Of a stretch of 64,000 nucleotides of DNA, positions 13,830 through 25,872 are shown piece by piece. The stretch is from Mobula hypostoma (lineage: Eukaryota), in assembly GCF_963921235.1 (NCBI RefSeq), contig NC_086108.1:50718001-50782000 (forward strand). The letters run 5' to 3'. Within the stretch, counting starts at the first letter, position 1, and the number at the start of each line of letters is the position of its first letter. The notes beneath the pieces were generated by a model that was not told where the DNA came from, ran no database searches, and saw nothing but the letters and a program-made list of their open reading frames with translations. The translations under genes and the position numbers were made by a program.

Positions 13830-13947
13830 TCTGTTATGCTGGAATTTCAAGCAACGCACATAAAAGTGGCTGGTGAACGCAGTAGGCCAGGCAGCATCTT
13901 TAGGAAGAGGTACAGTCAACGTTTTGGGCCGAGACCCTTCATCAGGA
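13830..13947 (-). mobile_element. Penelope terminal fragment
   Basis: Same terminal repeat as 8163-8330; mutated hammerhead. Confidence 0.8.
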
Positions 13948-15139
13948 ACAGTTCCAAACTACTGCTAGCTCTAACAAGAAAGAATCTTCCCATTTAACTC
14001 TAACAATAGCATTACTGATTCACCCACCATCACTCACTATTAACTAGAAACTCAAATAGACCAGAGGCTAGAGATCCTGTGTCAAATAATTCATTGACAC
14101 TCCAAGGTCCTTGTACCATTAACAACAAACGTTCCTCCGTTCTGCTTTTGTTTGCTTTTCCCACATTACAGTGGCTAGAAGCATGACATTTTTTGCTGTA
14201 GAAACAAGGAATTTATTTGCATGCCTTGTATTTGGAAGAGATGGATCAAGGTTTTTTAACTGAGAAAAGGAAGAAGGTGACAATGGTTAAGATAATTCTT
14301 CATATGAGCAATATGATGAACAAAAGGTTTCGGTGTAAGAAAGATGAGTAACAAACCAACCACTTCTGGAAGATTGTAGCAAAAGAACTAATCTGATGGG
14401 ATTGATTAGATATTTGAAACATTACACAACCTCATACCAAAGCAAAATGGTTCAGGTAGTAGAATATTAAGTAATAAAAGAAAAATAATGAAGACACTCA
14501 AACAAGTCAATCAGTGTTTCTCGTAAGAGAAATGAAATAGTAAAATTAATCAGATTAATAATCTCACATCAGAGCTTTCTGTGCCAAGATCAACAACGTC
14601 AATGGCATTCCTTTCAATAGTCATACTAGAGTGGTCAGAAGTACTCTGGGTATGAAGTTTTCTCACTTCCACAGAAATGATTCACAGTCTACTTGAATCT
14701 TCTTTCATAATCCAGAGAATTAAATTTGTCTGATAAGTGGTAACAATATGGGACTCTTCCTGAGGTCATGTATTCGGGCTGAAGGGGCAATGTTCTGCAC
14801 AAGGAAGCTTCAGTTGTCCTTTGGGTCTTGGCAGTGAATGGATGTTTCCCTAGGCCCTACAAGGAAGGTAAAAAAAAAACTTTATCTTTCAAGGCCAGTT
14901 CTGTCCCCTTATTATTTAACCTCGATTAAATAATAAAAGTTCAAGTTCTAAGAGGTTCTGTTGGTGCCAGGGTCCCATCCATAACACTTTGGGGAGGGGT
15001 TGTTAGCTTAAATGAAAATGTGAAAATGTGGAATGATAGCCTCCAAACATGTCAAAGACAAATATTTATGCAGGGCGAATTTAATTGGCAGTTACAGTCT
15101 CCGTGGAACCAAAGAGGTTAAATGCCCCTCTCCCCCCCC

Positions 15140-15405
15140 CCAACAAAATGTAGCATGTAACACAAGAGATTCTGTAGATGCTAATAATCCAGATCAACAC
15201 ACAAAATGCTGGAGGAACTCAACGGATCAGGTAGCATCTATGGAGGGAAATTAACAGTTGCCGTTTTGGGCTGAGACCTTGCGTCAAAACTGGAAAGGAA
15301 AGGAGAAGAAACCAAAAATAAGAAGGTAGGGAGAGGAAGCTGAGTACAAGCTAGTAGGTGATAGGTGCACCCAGAGGAGGGGAGAGGTAGGTGAGAGGGA
15401 GAGGG
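15140..15405 (-). mobile_element. Old Penelope terminal fragment
   Basis: CACACAAAATGCTGGAGGAACTCA motif shared with the other copies. Confidence 0.7.
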
Positions 15406-15409
15406 GAGT

Positions 15410-15930
15410 ATAGTCAACACTGGCACACCTCCAGGATCCACACTTACCACAATACTCTGCTCTCTATACCCATGACTATGTGATTAGGCAGAGCTCAAAT
15501 GCCACTTATACACTTCGCCAATGAAACTACTATTGTTTGCAAAACTTCAGATGGTGACAACGAGTTAGATGAGCTGATTGAGTGGTGTCGCAACAACAAC
15601 CTTGCACATAACATCAGTAAGAACAAGGAATTGCTTGTGAACTTCGGGAAGGGGAAGTTGAGGGAACATACGCCAGTCATCATTAAGAGATCAAGGTGGA
15701 AAAGGTGAGCATTTTCAAGTTCCTGAGTGTGAACATCTCTGAGGATTTATCCTGGGCTCAATATATTGATGCAATTACAAAGAAGGCACAAAGTGGCTCT
15801 ATTTCATTCGGGGTTTGAGGAGGCTTGGTATGTCACCAGAGACTCAGAAATTTCTACAGATGTACTGTGGAGAGCATTCTAACTGGCTGCATCACCGTCT
15901 GGTGTGGAGGAGCCACAGCACAGGATTGGA
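15410..15930 (+). mobile_element. Rex1/Babar RT fragment
   Basis: FANETTIV, WCRNNNLAHNISKNKELLVNF. Confidence 0.85.
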
Positions 15931-16634
15931 TATTATGGCCTTCATTTGTTACTCTGCTTCATCTGGAATCTGGATTACATCATTATAGACTGCATGGTAG
16001 ATAAATTTACAGCTGTTAATTTAAGTGACAGCAAATATACTGGGGTGGTGTGCTTTGGCATAAAGTCCTTAAAATGAATATTGTCATTAGACTCAATGCT
16101 GCCGTATGACTGTGAGGTCCTCTTGTGTTAAGTGTAGCAGCGGAACGAAAGCATCATGCAGGGTTTGAATGTGGAATTCAGAGAGTTGATGTTGAGTAAC
16201 CAGTGTCTGTGGCAATGGAACAACAGTAGCTCCTGATGTAAATTTATTGGTGTGGCATGGAAATTCAGACATTGACTTTCTGGAAAGTAATTTTTAATTT
16301 TACATTGGCTCAGAAAGATTTGAATAAATACTGTTCAACTTATTCAACTATAAGGAATCATTTCTAAATCCTGGTTTGAATCCCTACTCTACTCATATTG
16401 TTTGCACTGATCCCATGTAGCTTCTGACTATGTTCTGGGGTCCTGCAAGCTTTAGTCAAAAGCTGCATCCTCATTCACTTTAATGTAAGTGGTTGGATTT
16501 TGGTGCAGGGTTAAAAAACAGATACTCTAGATATTGTTTTTCTTCTCTTTTCAAGTGTTAGTAACTGGAGTCAGCTGTTACTTCTTCATGAACCTTAGCT
16601 GTTAACAAATGCAATCCCAGCTAATGGCTACTCA

Positions 16635-17445
16635 AACAGAATACAAGGTGTTGTTCCTCCAACCTGAGTGTGGCCTCAACGCAACAGCGGAGGAGGCCAT
16701 GGGCTGACATCCCGGAATGGGAATGGAAAGTGGAATTAAAATGGATGGCCACTGGGAGATCCCACTTGCTCTGGCGGATGGAGCGTTAATGCTTGGCAAA
16801 GCAGTCTCCCAATCTACGTCAGGTCTCACTGATATACAGGAGGCCACACTGGGAACACTGAACACAGTAATGACCCCCACAATCTCACATGTGAAGTGTT
16901 GCCTCACCTGGAAGGACTGTTTAGGGCACCGAACGCAGTAATTGAACACCAACAGACTCACAGGTGAAGTGTCACCTCACCTGGAAGGACTGTTCAGGGA
17001 GGAACAATACTTAATATTCTGTTTGGGCAGCCTCCAACCTGATGGCATAAGCATTGATTTCTCAAACTTCCACCCTCCCCCTTCAGCATTTTCCATCCCC
17101 TTTTCCCTCCCTCACCTTATCTCCTTTCCCGCTCATCGCCTCCCTCTGGTGCTCCTCCCCCTTTTTTTCTTCCCTCCATGGCCTTCTGCCTCTTTCACCA
17201 ATCAAATTCCCAGCTCTTTACTTCAACCCTCTCCCTCCAGATTTCATCCACCACCTGGTGTTTCTCTCTCCCCTCCCCATACTTTTAAATCTATTCCTCA
17301 TCTTTTTTCCTCCAGTCCTACTGAAGGGCTTCGGCCTGAAGTATCGACCATACTTTCTTCCTTAGACGCTGCCAGGCCTGCTGAGTTCCTCCAGCATTTT
17401 GTGTGTGTTGCTCAGATTTCCAGCTGCAGATTTTCTTTTGTTTGC
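16635..17445. mobile_element. Fold-back Penelope element (minus 16635-16998, plus 16999-17445)
   Basis: GIY-YIG region on minus; EEQYLIFCLGSLQPDGISIDFSNF and 3' end on plus. Confidence 0.8.
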
Positions 17446-17892
17446 ATTTGGGTCTGTGTTATTTGATCTCAGCCATGGGAGATGCTGCACCATTTGTCCC
17501 CAGTTCTCCTTAGCGGAGTAAGGAAGGGAATGTGTGATGGAGCTCCTGATTCAGATTTTCTTCTGCTGATCTGGTATCTAGGGATTAGCTTTAAAACCAG
17601 ATTTGGCTCTTTCATAATCTTGGGAGAAAGAGGCAAGTGAAGGATGCTGAATGAGTGAAAGAGTGTGGTGGCTCTACAGCTGAAGGAGCAGTGAAAGTCC
17701 ATCTAGGGAGAAATAAAAATTTCAAAGTATTAATTACATTCTAGCTCTGGAATAATGGATGGTTTAACAGAAATCCATATGTTTATTCCTTGTGAACAAC
17801 AGCTGCTTAATACAGAGAGCACATTATTGCCTTTGTTAACAATATTAATAAAATCTATATCTGAATACCAGCCAGATATTTGTATTTATAAC

Positions 17893-18620
17893 AGCCTTCT
17901 ATATATTGGCGAGACCCGACGCAGACTGGGAGACCGCTTTGCTGAACATCTACGCTCTGTCCGCCAGAGAAAGCAGGATCTCCTAGTGGCCACACATTAT
18001 AATTCCACATCCCATTCCCATTCTGACATGTCTATCCATGGCCTCCTCTACTGTAAAGATGAAGCCACACTCAGGTTGGAGGAACAACACCTTATATTCT
18101 GTCTGGGTAGTCTTCAACCTGATGGCATGAACATTGACTTCTCTAACTTCCGCTAATGCCCCACCTCCCCCTCGTACCCCATCCGTTATTTATTTTTATA
18201 CACAAATTCTTTCTCTCTCTCTCCTTTTTCTTCCTCTGTCCCTCTGACTATACCCCTTGCCCATCCTCTGGGTTTCCCCCCCCCCTTGTCTTTCTCCCCG
18301 GACCTCCTGTCCCATGATCCTCTCATATCCCCTTTGCCAATCATCTGTCCAGCTCCACCTCATATGATCCTCTCATATCCCCTTTGCCAATCACTCCATC
18401 CCTCCCCCTCTTGTCTTCTCCTATCATTTTGGATCTCTCCCTCCCCCTCCCACTTTCAAATCCCTTACTCACTCTTCCTTCAGTTAGTCCTGACGAAGGG
18501 TCTTGGCCTGAAACGTCAACTGTACCTCTTCCTAGAGATGCTGCCTGGCCTGCTGCGTTCACCAGCAACTTTGATGTGTGTTGCTTGAATTTCCAGCATC
18601 TGCAGAATTCCTGTTGTTTA
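17893..18620 (+). mobile_element. Penelope-like 3' part
   Basis: LLYIGETRRRLGDRFAEHLRSVR (GIY-YIG); hammerhead at 18486-18521. Confidence 0.9.
18486..18521 (+). ncRNA. Minimal type I hammerhead ribozyme motif
   Basis: AGTC-CTGACGA-AGG..CCT-GAAAC-GTC-AACT; core intact, one stem I mismatch. Confidence 0.65.
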
Positions 18621-19565
18621 GATATTTGTAATTTGGATGCTAGCCTGAAACATTATTTCCACATCTTTATAGTATTTGACCCATCAAACTTCCCTTTAGG
18701 AGATTTGCTTTATAATCCTATTTTGTGGTTAACCATAAGAAGCTATTAGGTTAAAAAAAAGTAATCAGGGAAAAGTTCTGCAATGATTTGTGTTAAAATT
18801 AGATTAAGCACCACAAAACATGTTGAAATATAGACTAAACAGCAAAACACCTATTAGAGGTGGCAAAGAGAACAATTTTAAGAGCAAACATTTTTTTAAT
18901 TTCCTTCCAACAGATTTACAAACATTCCAACTAATGCTTTTTACTCTTAGATATTTGTCTTGTATTGTGACTTGATTGGCATATATAACCGGGAGGTCAT
19001 GCTAGACCCTCTACTTTATGTTGTCCCTCCAGTCTGTGGGTTTCCACTGGGACATGTGCCTCTCCCCTTCTGAGGCTCAGAACAACAAATTCCATTCTTG
19101 ACAGAGTTCACTTTAAGTCAACGAGCAAACCACTTGGGAGAGCTAATTAAAGAAACTCAACCTACAGCCTGCTCAGGTTTTATGGGGTTGGAAACTCCTG
19201 GGAAGTTCAAACAGAAGTGATGCAACTCTTCCCAAACACAATTAAACTTTTCCTCCTTATCTGATCCACAGTGACATTTATTTGCAGAAACATTTCAGCC
19301 TGTGTTTGCCTTGTTTCAAGACAATGTGAAAAGTAAATTTGCTAACGGGGAGTGCTGTCTATGTCTCCGATACAAACTTGAGATTAATTTTCTTCTAGGC
19401 ATTTACAGGAAAATAAAGAAATAAAATAGAATTTATGAAAAACCATGCATAAACAAAGATTGACAACCAATATGAAAAGGGAGTCAAATTATGCAAGGAA
19501 AATAATAAAAGAATACAGAGAATGTGAGTTGTAGAGTGCTTGAAAGTGAGTTTGTACTTGAATTA

Positions 19566-20850
19566 ACACACACAAAAAAATGCTGGTGAATGCAGCAGGC
19601 CAGGCAGCATCTATAGGAAGAGGTACAGTTGACGTATCAGGCCGAGACTCTTCGTCAGGACTAACTGAAAGAAAAGATAGTAAGAGATTTGAAAGTGAGA
19701 GGGGGAGGGGGAGATCCGAAATGATAGGAGAAGACAGGAGGGGGAGGGATGAAGCTCAGAGCTGGAAAGTTGATTGGCAAAAGGGATATGAGAGGATCAT
19801 GGGACGAGAGGCCTAGGGAGAAAGAAAGGGGAGGGGGGGAAGCCCAGAGGAGGGGCAAGGAGTATAGTGAGAGAGACAGAGGGAAAAAAAAATAATAATA
19901 AATAAATAATGGATGGGGTATGAAGGGGAGGTGGGGCATTAACGGAAGTTAGAGAAGTCAATGTTCATGCCATCAGGTTGGAGACTACCCAGACGGAATG
20001 TAAGGTGTTGTTCATCCAACCTGAGTGTGGCTTCATCTTTACAGTAGAGGAGGCCGTGGATAGACATATCAGAATGGGAATGGGACGTGGAATTAAAATG
20101 TGTGGGCACTGGGAGATCCTGCTTTCTCTGGCGGACAAAGCGTAGGCGTTCAGTGAAATGGTCTCCCAGCCTGCGTCGGGTCTTGCCAATATATAGAAGG
20201 CCGCATCGGGAGCACCGGACATAGTATATCACCCCAGCCGACTCACAGGTGAAGGGTCGCCTCACCTGGAAGGACTGTCTGGGGCCCTGAATGGTGGTGA
20301 GGGAGGAAATGTAAGGGCATGTGTAGCACTTGTTCCGCTTACAAGGACAAGTGCCGGGAGGGCGATCGGTGGGAAGGGATGGGGGGGACAAATGGACAAG
20401 GGAGTCACGTAGGGAGCAAACCCTGTGGAAAGCCGGGGGGGGGGGGAGGGAAAGATATGCTTAGTGGTGGGATCCCGTTGGAGGTGGCGGAAGTTACGGA
20501 GAATTATATGTTGGACCTGGAGGCTGGTGGGGTGGTAGGTGAGGACAAGGGAAACCCTATTCCTAGTGGGGTGATGGGAGGATGGAGTGAGAGCAGATGT
20601 ACGTGAAATGGGGGAGATGTGTTTGAGAGCAGAGTTGATGGTGGAGGAAGGGAAGCCCCTTTCTTTGAAAAAGGAGGACATTTCCTTCGTCCTGGAATGA
20701 AAAGCCTCATCCTGAGAGCAGATGCGGTGGAGACAGAGGAATTGCGAGAAGGGGATGGAATTTTTGAAAGAGACAGGGTGAGAAGAGGAATAGTCCAGAT
20801 AGCTGTGAGAGTCCGTAGGCTTATAGTAGACATCAGTGGATAAGCTGGAG
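19566..20850 (-). mobile_element. Penelope-like element (RT thumb, linker, GIY-YIG, 3' repeat)
   Basis: TDVYYKPTDSHSYLDYSSSHP; VIYYVRCSRCGLLYIGKTRRRL. Confidence 0.95.
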
Positions 20851-21384
20851 ACCTTGTGCAGATTTTCCTGCATGCACAGTAGTTTTGCTCCAGATAAGTT
20901 GGATTCTGGCTTTGAGAGCTCTAGCTTTTGAGAAAGATATACAGTATGTTCAGTGAGCAGGAATGGTTAGACAGATTAAGTAGACAGCACAGAGCCTGCA
21001 TACACTGTTGTGGAATATGCAGGAATTCACCTCCAATTTGGCTCAAGTCTTCACCCACAGTGTGGTGATGATTCTGTCCACATGGACAGACTGGTCAGTT
21101 CGGTAGAAATACTGCATCAGCAGCCTGTCACTGTCCTCACATAGAGCAAGAGGAACCCACAGGTAGTGCCCGGCAGAATGGGGGAAATGTGGGCAATGCC
21201 AATGCCCTTCTCAGGAGGTCCACACAACCTACTACCCATGGATCCCATGGTTGTCTGCTTTGTTATAATGTGGGAGCAAGGTACACTGCTTGTTGAACTG
21301 GTCTTAGAAATCTGGCAGGTTGGGGCACTAGGGATGACTGTGCCTTCCGCTGTAACCTCCCCCCTCCCAGCTCATTCGCGAGTG

Positions 21385-21608
21385 GTGGAACGTCAACTCA
21401 GACCATGAGAGGCCTGCGTCGGGCATTTTCATGCCTTACAAGGTGCAGATTGGAAGTCTGTGTGGGGCACCACTCTTTGCACAGACACTAGAGCAATGTG
21501 TGGTTAAGTGCCTTGCTCAAGGACACAAACACGCTGCCACAGCTGAGGCTCGAACTAGTGACCTTCAGATCACTAGACGAACGCTTTAACCATTTGCCAC
21601 GTGCCCAA
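21385..21608 (-). mobile_element. tRNA-derived SINE with CORE-like segment
   Basis: Minus strand: A box, B box AGTTCGAGCC, then GTGTCCTTGAGCAAGGCACTTAACC. Confidence 0.8.
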
Positions 21609-21829
21609 CACAAACTCTAGGAGTGGTCCTAGAGGCAAATCCCTCATGCCGTGCACTATGCTATAAGCACTAAGCTGGATGGTTGTGATAGCAGGATTCT
21701 CATTGCAGATCTGTTGTACTGTCAAGCATAGATCTTTGACAAGTGTCCTCTGTCCTCTATATTAACCAAATAATTCCACTTAGATAGAGAATGCCAAATA
21801 TCAACTACCCTTTGCATTAAACAAGTTAT

Positions 21830-22680
21830 TCTCATTGCCATCTTGAAAGGCCTCCACCTAATCTGAGAGTGTGAATCCTGGTTCTAGATATCCCAGCAAC
21901 AAAAAACTTCAATTCGATATAACACCATAAGATATAAGATCAGAATTAGGCCATTTAGCCCATTGAGTCTGCTCTGCCATTTTATCATTTTCCTCTCAAC
22001 CCCAGTCTCCTGCCTTCCCCCTGTATCCCTTCATGCACTGACTAATCAAGAACCTATCAACCTCTGCCTTAAATATACCCAATGACTTGGCCTCCACAGC
22101 CACTTGTGGCAATGAATCCAATCGATTCAGCACTCTCTGGCTAAAGACATTCCTCTTCATCTCTATTTTAATTTGACATCCCTCTATTCTGAGTCTGTGT
22201 CTTTTGGTCCTAGACTCACTTGTGATAGGGAATGGTCAGCACATCCTTTCTTAGATAAGGGGCCTAAGACTGCTCACAATACTCCAAGTGAGGACTCATC
22301 AGTGCTCACTATTACATCACTGCTTCTATATTTTAGTCCAGTCAAAATGAATGCTAACATCACATTTGCCTTCCTCACCACTGACTCAACCTGTAAATTA
22401 ACCTTTAGGGACTCCTGCACGAGCATTCCTGTGTCCCTTTGTACCTCATATTTTTGAATTTTTTTTTCTCCATTTATAAAATAGTCTACATTTTCATTCC
22501 ATCTACGACTTCTTTGTCCATTCTTCTAATTTGTCTATGTCCTTCTGTAGCCTCTCTGCTTCCTCAAAACTACCCACCCCTGCACTTTTCTTCATATCAC
22601 CTGCAAAATCAACGCGAAAGCCATCAATTCCATCATCCAAATCATTGACATATAATGTAAAAAGAAGCAGTCCCAAACAC
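21830..22680 (-). mobile_element. Decayed CR1 3' fragments
   Basis: LLFTLYVNDLDDGIDG..AERLQKDIDKLEEW. Confidence 0.8.
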
Positions 22681-22755
22681 AGACCTCTGTCCTGCAAGAC
22701 TGGCTTCCTGGTGTGCTGCTGTGCTCTGCATGACCCTTCATTATTCAACACAACA

Positions 22756-22770
22756 TGGTGTCAGAAGTGG
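22756..22770 (+). promoter_or_regulatory. tRNA-Leu-type primer binding site after an LTR end
   Basis: ...CAACA|TGGTGTCAGAAGTGG. Confidence 0.65.
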
Positions 22771-23173
22771 TTGATCATCAAAAAGTTTGTACTACAGACC
22801 AAGTGAGATCCCCAAGAAGAAAGACTTAATTGTAAGACAGTTTTTGTTTGTATATACCTATGAAAAATATTCAAAAACTTATCAACCTAAACTGCCTATG
22901 CTAGTTTGCTGTATGGACCATGAGGCTGAGTTGACAACTGGCCAGAGTTGCTAGCCAACACCTTCAGGCTGCACGCAAGAATCTATATTGTAATAATCTG
23001 TGGGCCACTAGACTGGCAGAGTGCACAGAGACACAGACACAGATACATCAGAGAAGTCTGAGAAGGTAGTCAAACTCTCAGGGAGAGAAAACAAGACTTT
23101 TGTACTCAATATAAATAAAATAATAAATAAATAACAAATGGGAAAATGGAGAAATACCTATACTACCTACATA

Positions 23174-23400
23174 GGTGGCATGGTGGGGCAGTAGTGAGCA
23201 CAACACTTTATAGTACCAGTGACCTAGGTTCAATTCCCACCACTGCCTGCAAGGGGTTTGTACGTTCTCCCTGTGATTGCATGGGCTTCCTCCTACAGTC
23301 CAATTGGTATACCAATTGGTAGGTTAATTTTTCATTGTAAAATTCCCTTTATTGGGCTAGGGTTAAATCGGGGACATTCAAAATGGTCACTGGGGCAGAT
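23174..23400 (+). mobile_element. HE1/V-SINE-like SINE
   Basis: A box, B box GGTTCAATTCCC, V-domain-like GTTTGTACGTTCTCCCTGTG. Confidence 0.75.
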
Positions 23401-24141
23401 TGTCACAGCCATCCCCAAATGTCTATTCACAGAACTGGTAAAGGAAACAGGCATTATGCTAAATCCAACAAAGGAAGTGCTCATTGGGCCAGGGAAACAG
23501 AAGCTCAGTGTGAAAGGAATGTTTCCTACTTCCATCGGTAAAGCTGAGAAACTGTCGTTCAGAATCCCTTTCACTACTGCTGGGCTGACATGTGTTAAAG
23601 TGGATTTTTTTGGGTAGACTATCTGTTTACACTTAAAATGACTTTGGCCACCAGACTTCTATTTTAACTGTTTGACAAAGGACTGTGGATTGAGTCCACC
23701 GCAATGGGCTTCCTAAAAGGTGTAAATACCAGATGCTTCTGGCTCCTGATGCTGTAGTTTCGAAGACAGTCTTATCTATACATTACAAATATTAATTGTC
23801 TTCTATGTTAGCACGTAAAATGCCAAATAAATGTATTGTGGATTGAACAAAAAGCTGTGGATACCAACCCAGACATGTTGACGTCGGAGGGGAAGGATGA
23901 AATCTGAAGATGTGATATTTGTATGTAGCTTCAAGAGGAAGCATTGTCTATAACTTTTAAGTAGCGATTGCCTTTGTGTTTAGCATATAAATATCGAGCC
24001 CACATTGAGCTAACAGTTCTCTCTGCGAAAAGCGTCTCCGTCCGTTAAGATGCCTGCTGTACCTTGTTGTGTCAAATAAAGAAGCTGCTTTGTATCTACC
24101 AGTGACTCTGTCTCTCCGGTAATTTCATCCACGCTACAACA
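23401..24141 (+). mobile_element. Solo LTR related to the ERV LTR at 37261-37768
   Basis: TG...CAACA; TGCCTGCTGTA..TCAAATAAAGAAGCTGCTT..CTACCAGT matches the reverse complement of the ERV LTR; left boundary uncertain. Confidence 0.7.
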
Positions 24142-24292
24142 ACATGCCATCAAGAAGGAGAACTTAATTATAAGGTTGGATTCACTAAACAATGTTCAGT
24201 GGTGGGAGAAGTACCCGGAGTTGTTCACAAGCCTGGGGACACCGGTAGAAGAGTACCTCATCCTACTAAGGACAGGAGTGACGGCCTAATTC

Positions 24293-25064
24293 AGATTATT
24301 ATCTGAATGGTGGCCGATTAGGAAAAGGGGAGGTGCAACGAGACCTGGGTGTCATTATACACCAGTCATTGAAAGTGGGCATGCAGGTACAGCAGGCGGT
24401 GAAAAAGGCAAATGGTATGCTGGCATTTATAGCGAGAGGATTCGAGTACAGGAGCAGGGAGGTACTACTGCAGTTGTTCAAGGCCTTGGTGAGACCACAC
24501 CTGGAGTATTGTGTGCAGTTTTGGTCCCCTAATCTGAGGAAAGACATCTTTGCCATAGAGAGAGTACAAAGAAGGTTCACCAGATTGATTCCTGGGATGG
24601 CAGGACTTTCATATGAAGAAAGACTGGATGAACTGGGCTTGTACTCGTTGGAATTTAGAAGATTGAGGGGGGATCTGATTGAAACATATAAGATCCTAAA
24701 GGGATTGGACAGGCTGGATGCAGGAAGATTGTTCCCGATGTTGGGGAAGTCCAGAACGAGGGGTTACAGTTTGAGGATAGAGGGGAAGCCTTTTAGGACC
24801 GAGATTAGGAAAAACTTCTTCACACAGAGAGTGGTGAATCTGTGGAATTCTCTGCCACAGGAAACTGTTGAGGCCAGTTCATTGGCTATGTTTAAGAGGG
24901 AGTTAGATATGGCCCTTGTGGCTATGGGGGTCAGGGGGTATGGAGGGAAGGCTGGGGCGGGGTTCTGATTTGGATGATCAGCCATGATCATAATAAATGG
25001 CGGTGCAGGCTCGAAGGGCCGAATGGCCTACTCCTGCACCTATTTTCTATGTTTCTATGTTTCT
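24293..25064 (+). mobile_element. Young 5'-truncated CR1
   Basis: ORF 24333-24968, same subfamily as 48225-50834. Confidence 0.95.
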
Positions 25065-25231
25065 AATCTTTGACCACAGCGAGGCATGTACTAGTCCCAT
25101 TGAAGAACAAAGTTAAAGCTGAACTTGAGAGAGTGGAGGCACTTGACATCATAACTAGAGTGAATGGATCTACTGGCTATATGCAGGCACTGTTCCTGTT
25201 CCCAAGCAATGATCCCTGTCATTTGTAATGA

Positions 25232-25872
25232 CCAGTGTGTGGTGCCCAGTGACAACGACATGTGTACACTGAATTATAAATATAGAGGTATTCATTTAAA
25301 CAGGTAGCAAAGCACTGTTGATAAGAACTTCGCTCTCTTCTGGTTTTGATAGTTTTTGCTCTTGTTCATCTGCAGTCTCAGAAGACATACGCAGCAGGCC
25401 TGTTGCGGGCAATGAAGGAATTCCTTGCCGGAGCTTTTGCACACTGGCCATATGTGATTTGCTTGATAAGTGACGCTTTAAAAAGTCAAGTTTCCGAATA
25501 TCACTCCACTTCTTCCCCCCTGCAAATTCTCCAGCTATTTTTTCATCGCAACAAAACACACAAGTAACACCAGTTTCTGTATTTCACATAAATATTTCTC
25601 ATAGCTGCACGTTCCTGACCTTATAAACTTTCAGTGTAGCAGTTACTTCTGGTTTCATTAAGCCATTCCGCTATAAATGAACTAGCATTCATTGCTTCTT
25701 TGGAATTTGACAGAGCGAATTAATAAATGTCTCCAACAAAAACTGTATAAATAAGCCAGTTCTAAAACCTGCAGGCAAATTGTCGTGCACTCCATGTTGT
25801 CAACATTTTCTGCATCAGAAACAGGAAAAGGAAATGTGATTGTGCACATGTATCTACCTTAGAGGGAACATT
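25232..25872 (-). mobile_element. hAT-like (ZNF862-type) transposon fragment
   Basis: FAGGKKWSDIRKLDFLKRHLSSKSH zinc-finger-like segment; end AATGTTCCCTCTAAG. Confidence 0.6.

Larger units (their letters stand above)
1..13830 (-). mobile_element. Old fragmented CR1 (pieces about 1-85, 1377-1530, 2375-3220, 12320-12376, 13471-13830) hosting many later insertions
   Basis: 3043-3300 reads VCVLPGA..DILREGGEQPEVIVHVVKND (CR1 ORF1 esterase-like); 13680-13825 minus reads CFSCRM..QLQLLADHLKELELDTLRI (ORF1 N-terminus); pieces are collinear. Confidence 0.65.

Noticed and set aside
14689..14856. Minus-strand terminal exon candidate GLGKHPF..
   Set aside because: The acceptor relies on an A-run; no supporting exons; unresolved but less coherent than the plus model
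17469..17702. Minus ORF after an AG acceptor
   Set aside because: No recognisable product or donor; conflicts with the plus-strand interpretation
20850..21370. Possible host exon
   Set aside because: Reads as a decayed LINE endonuclease region on minus
23433..23790. Exon-like segment and ORFs 23258-23617 / 23332-23574
   Set aside because: 23700-23820 aligns with the ERV LTR, so this is most likely LTR sequence
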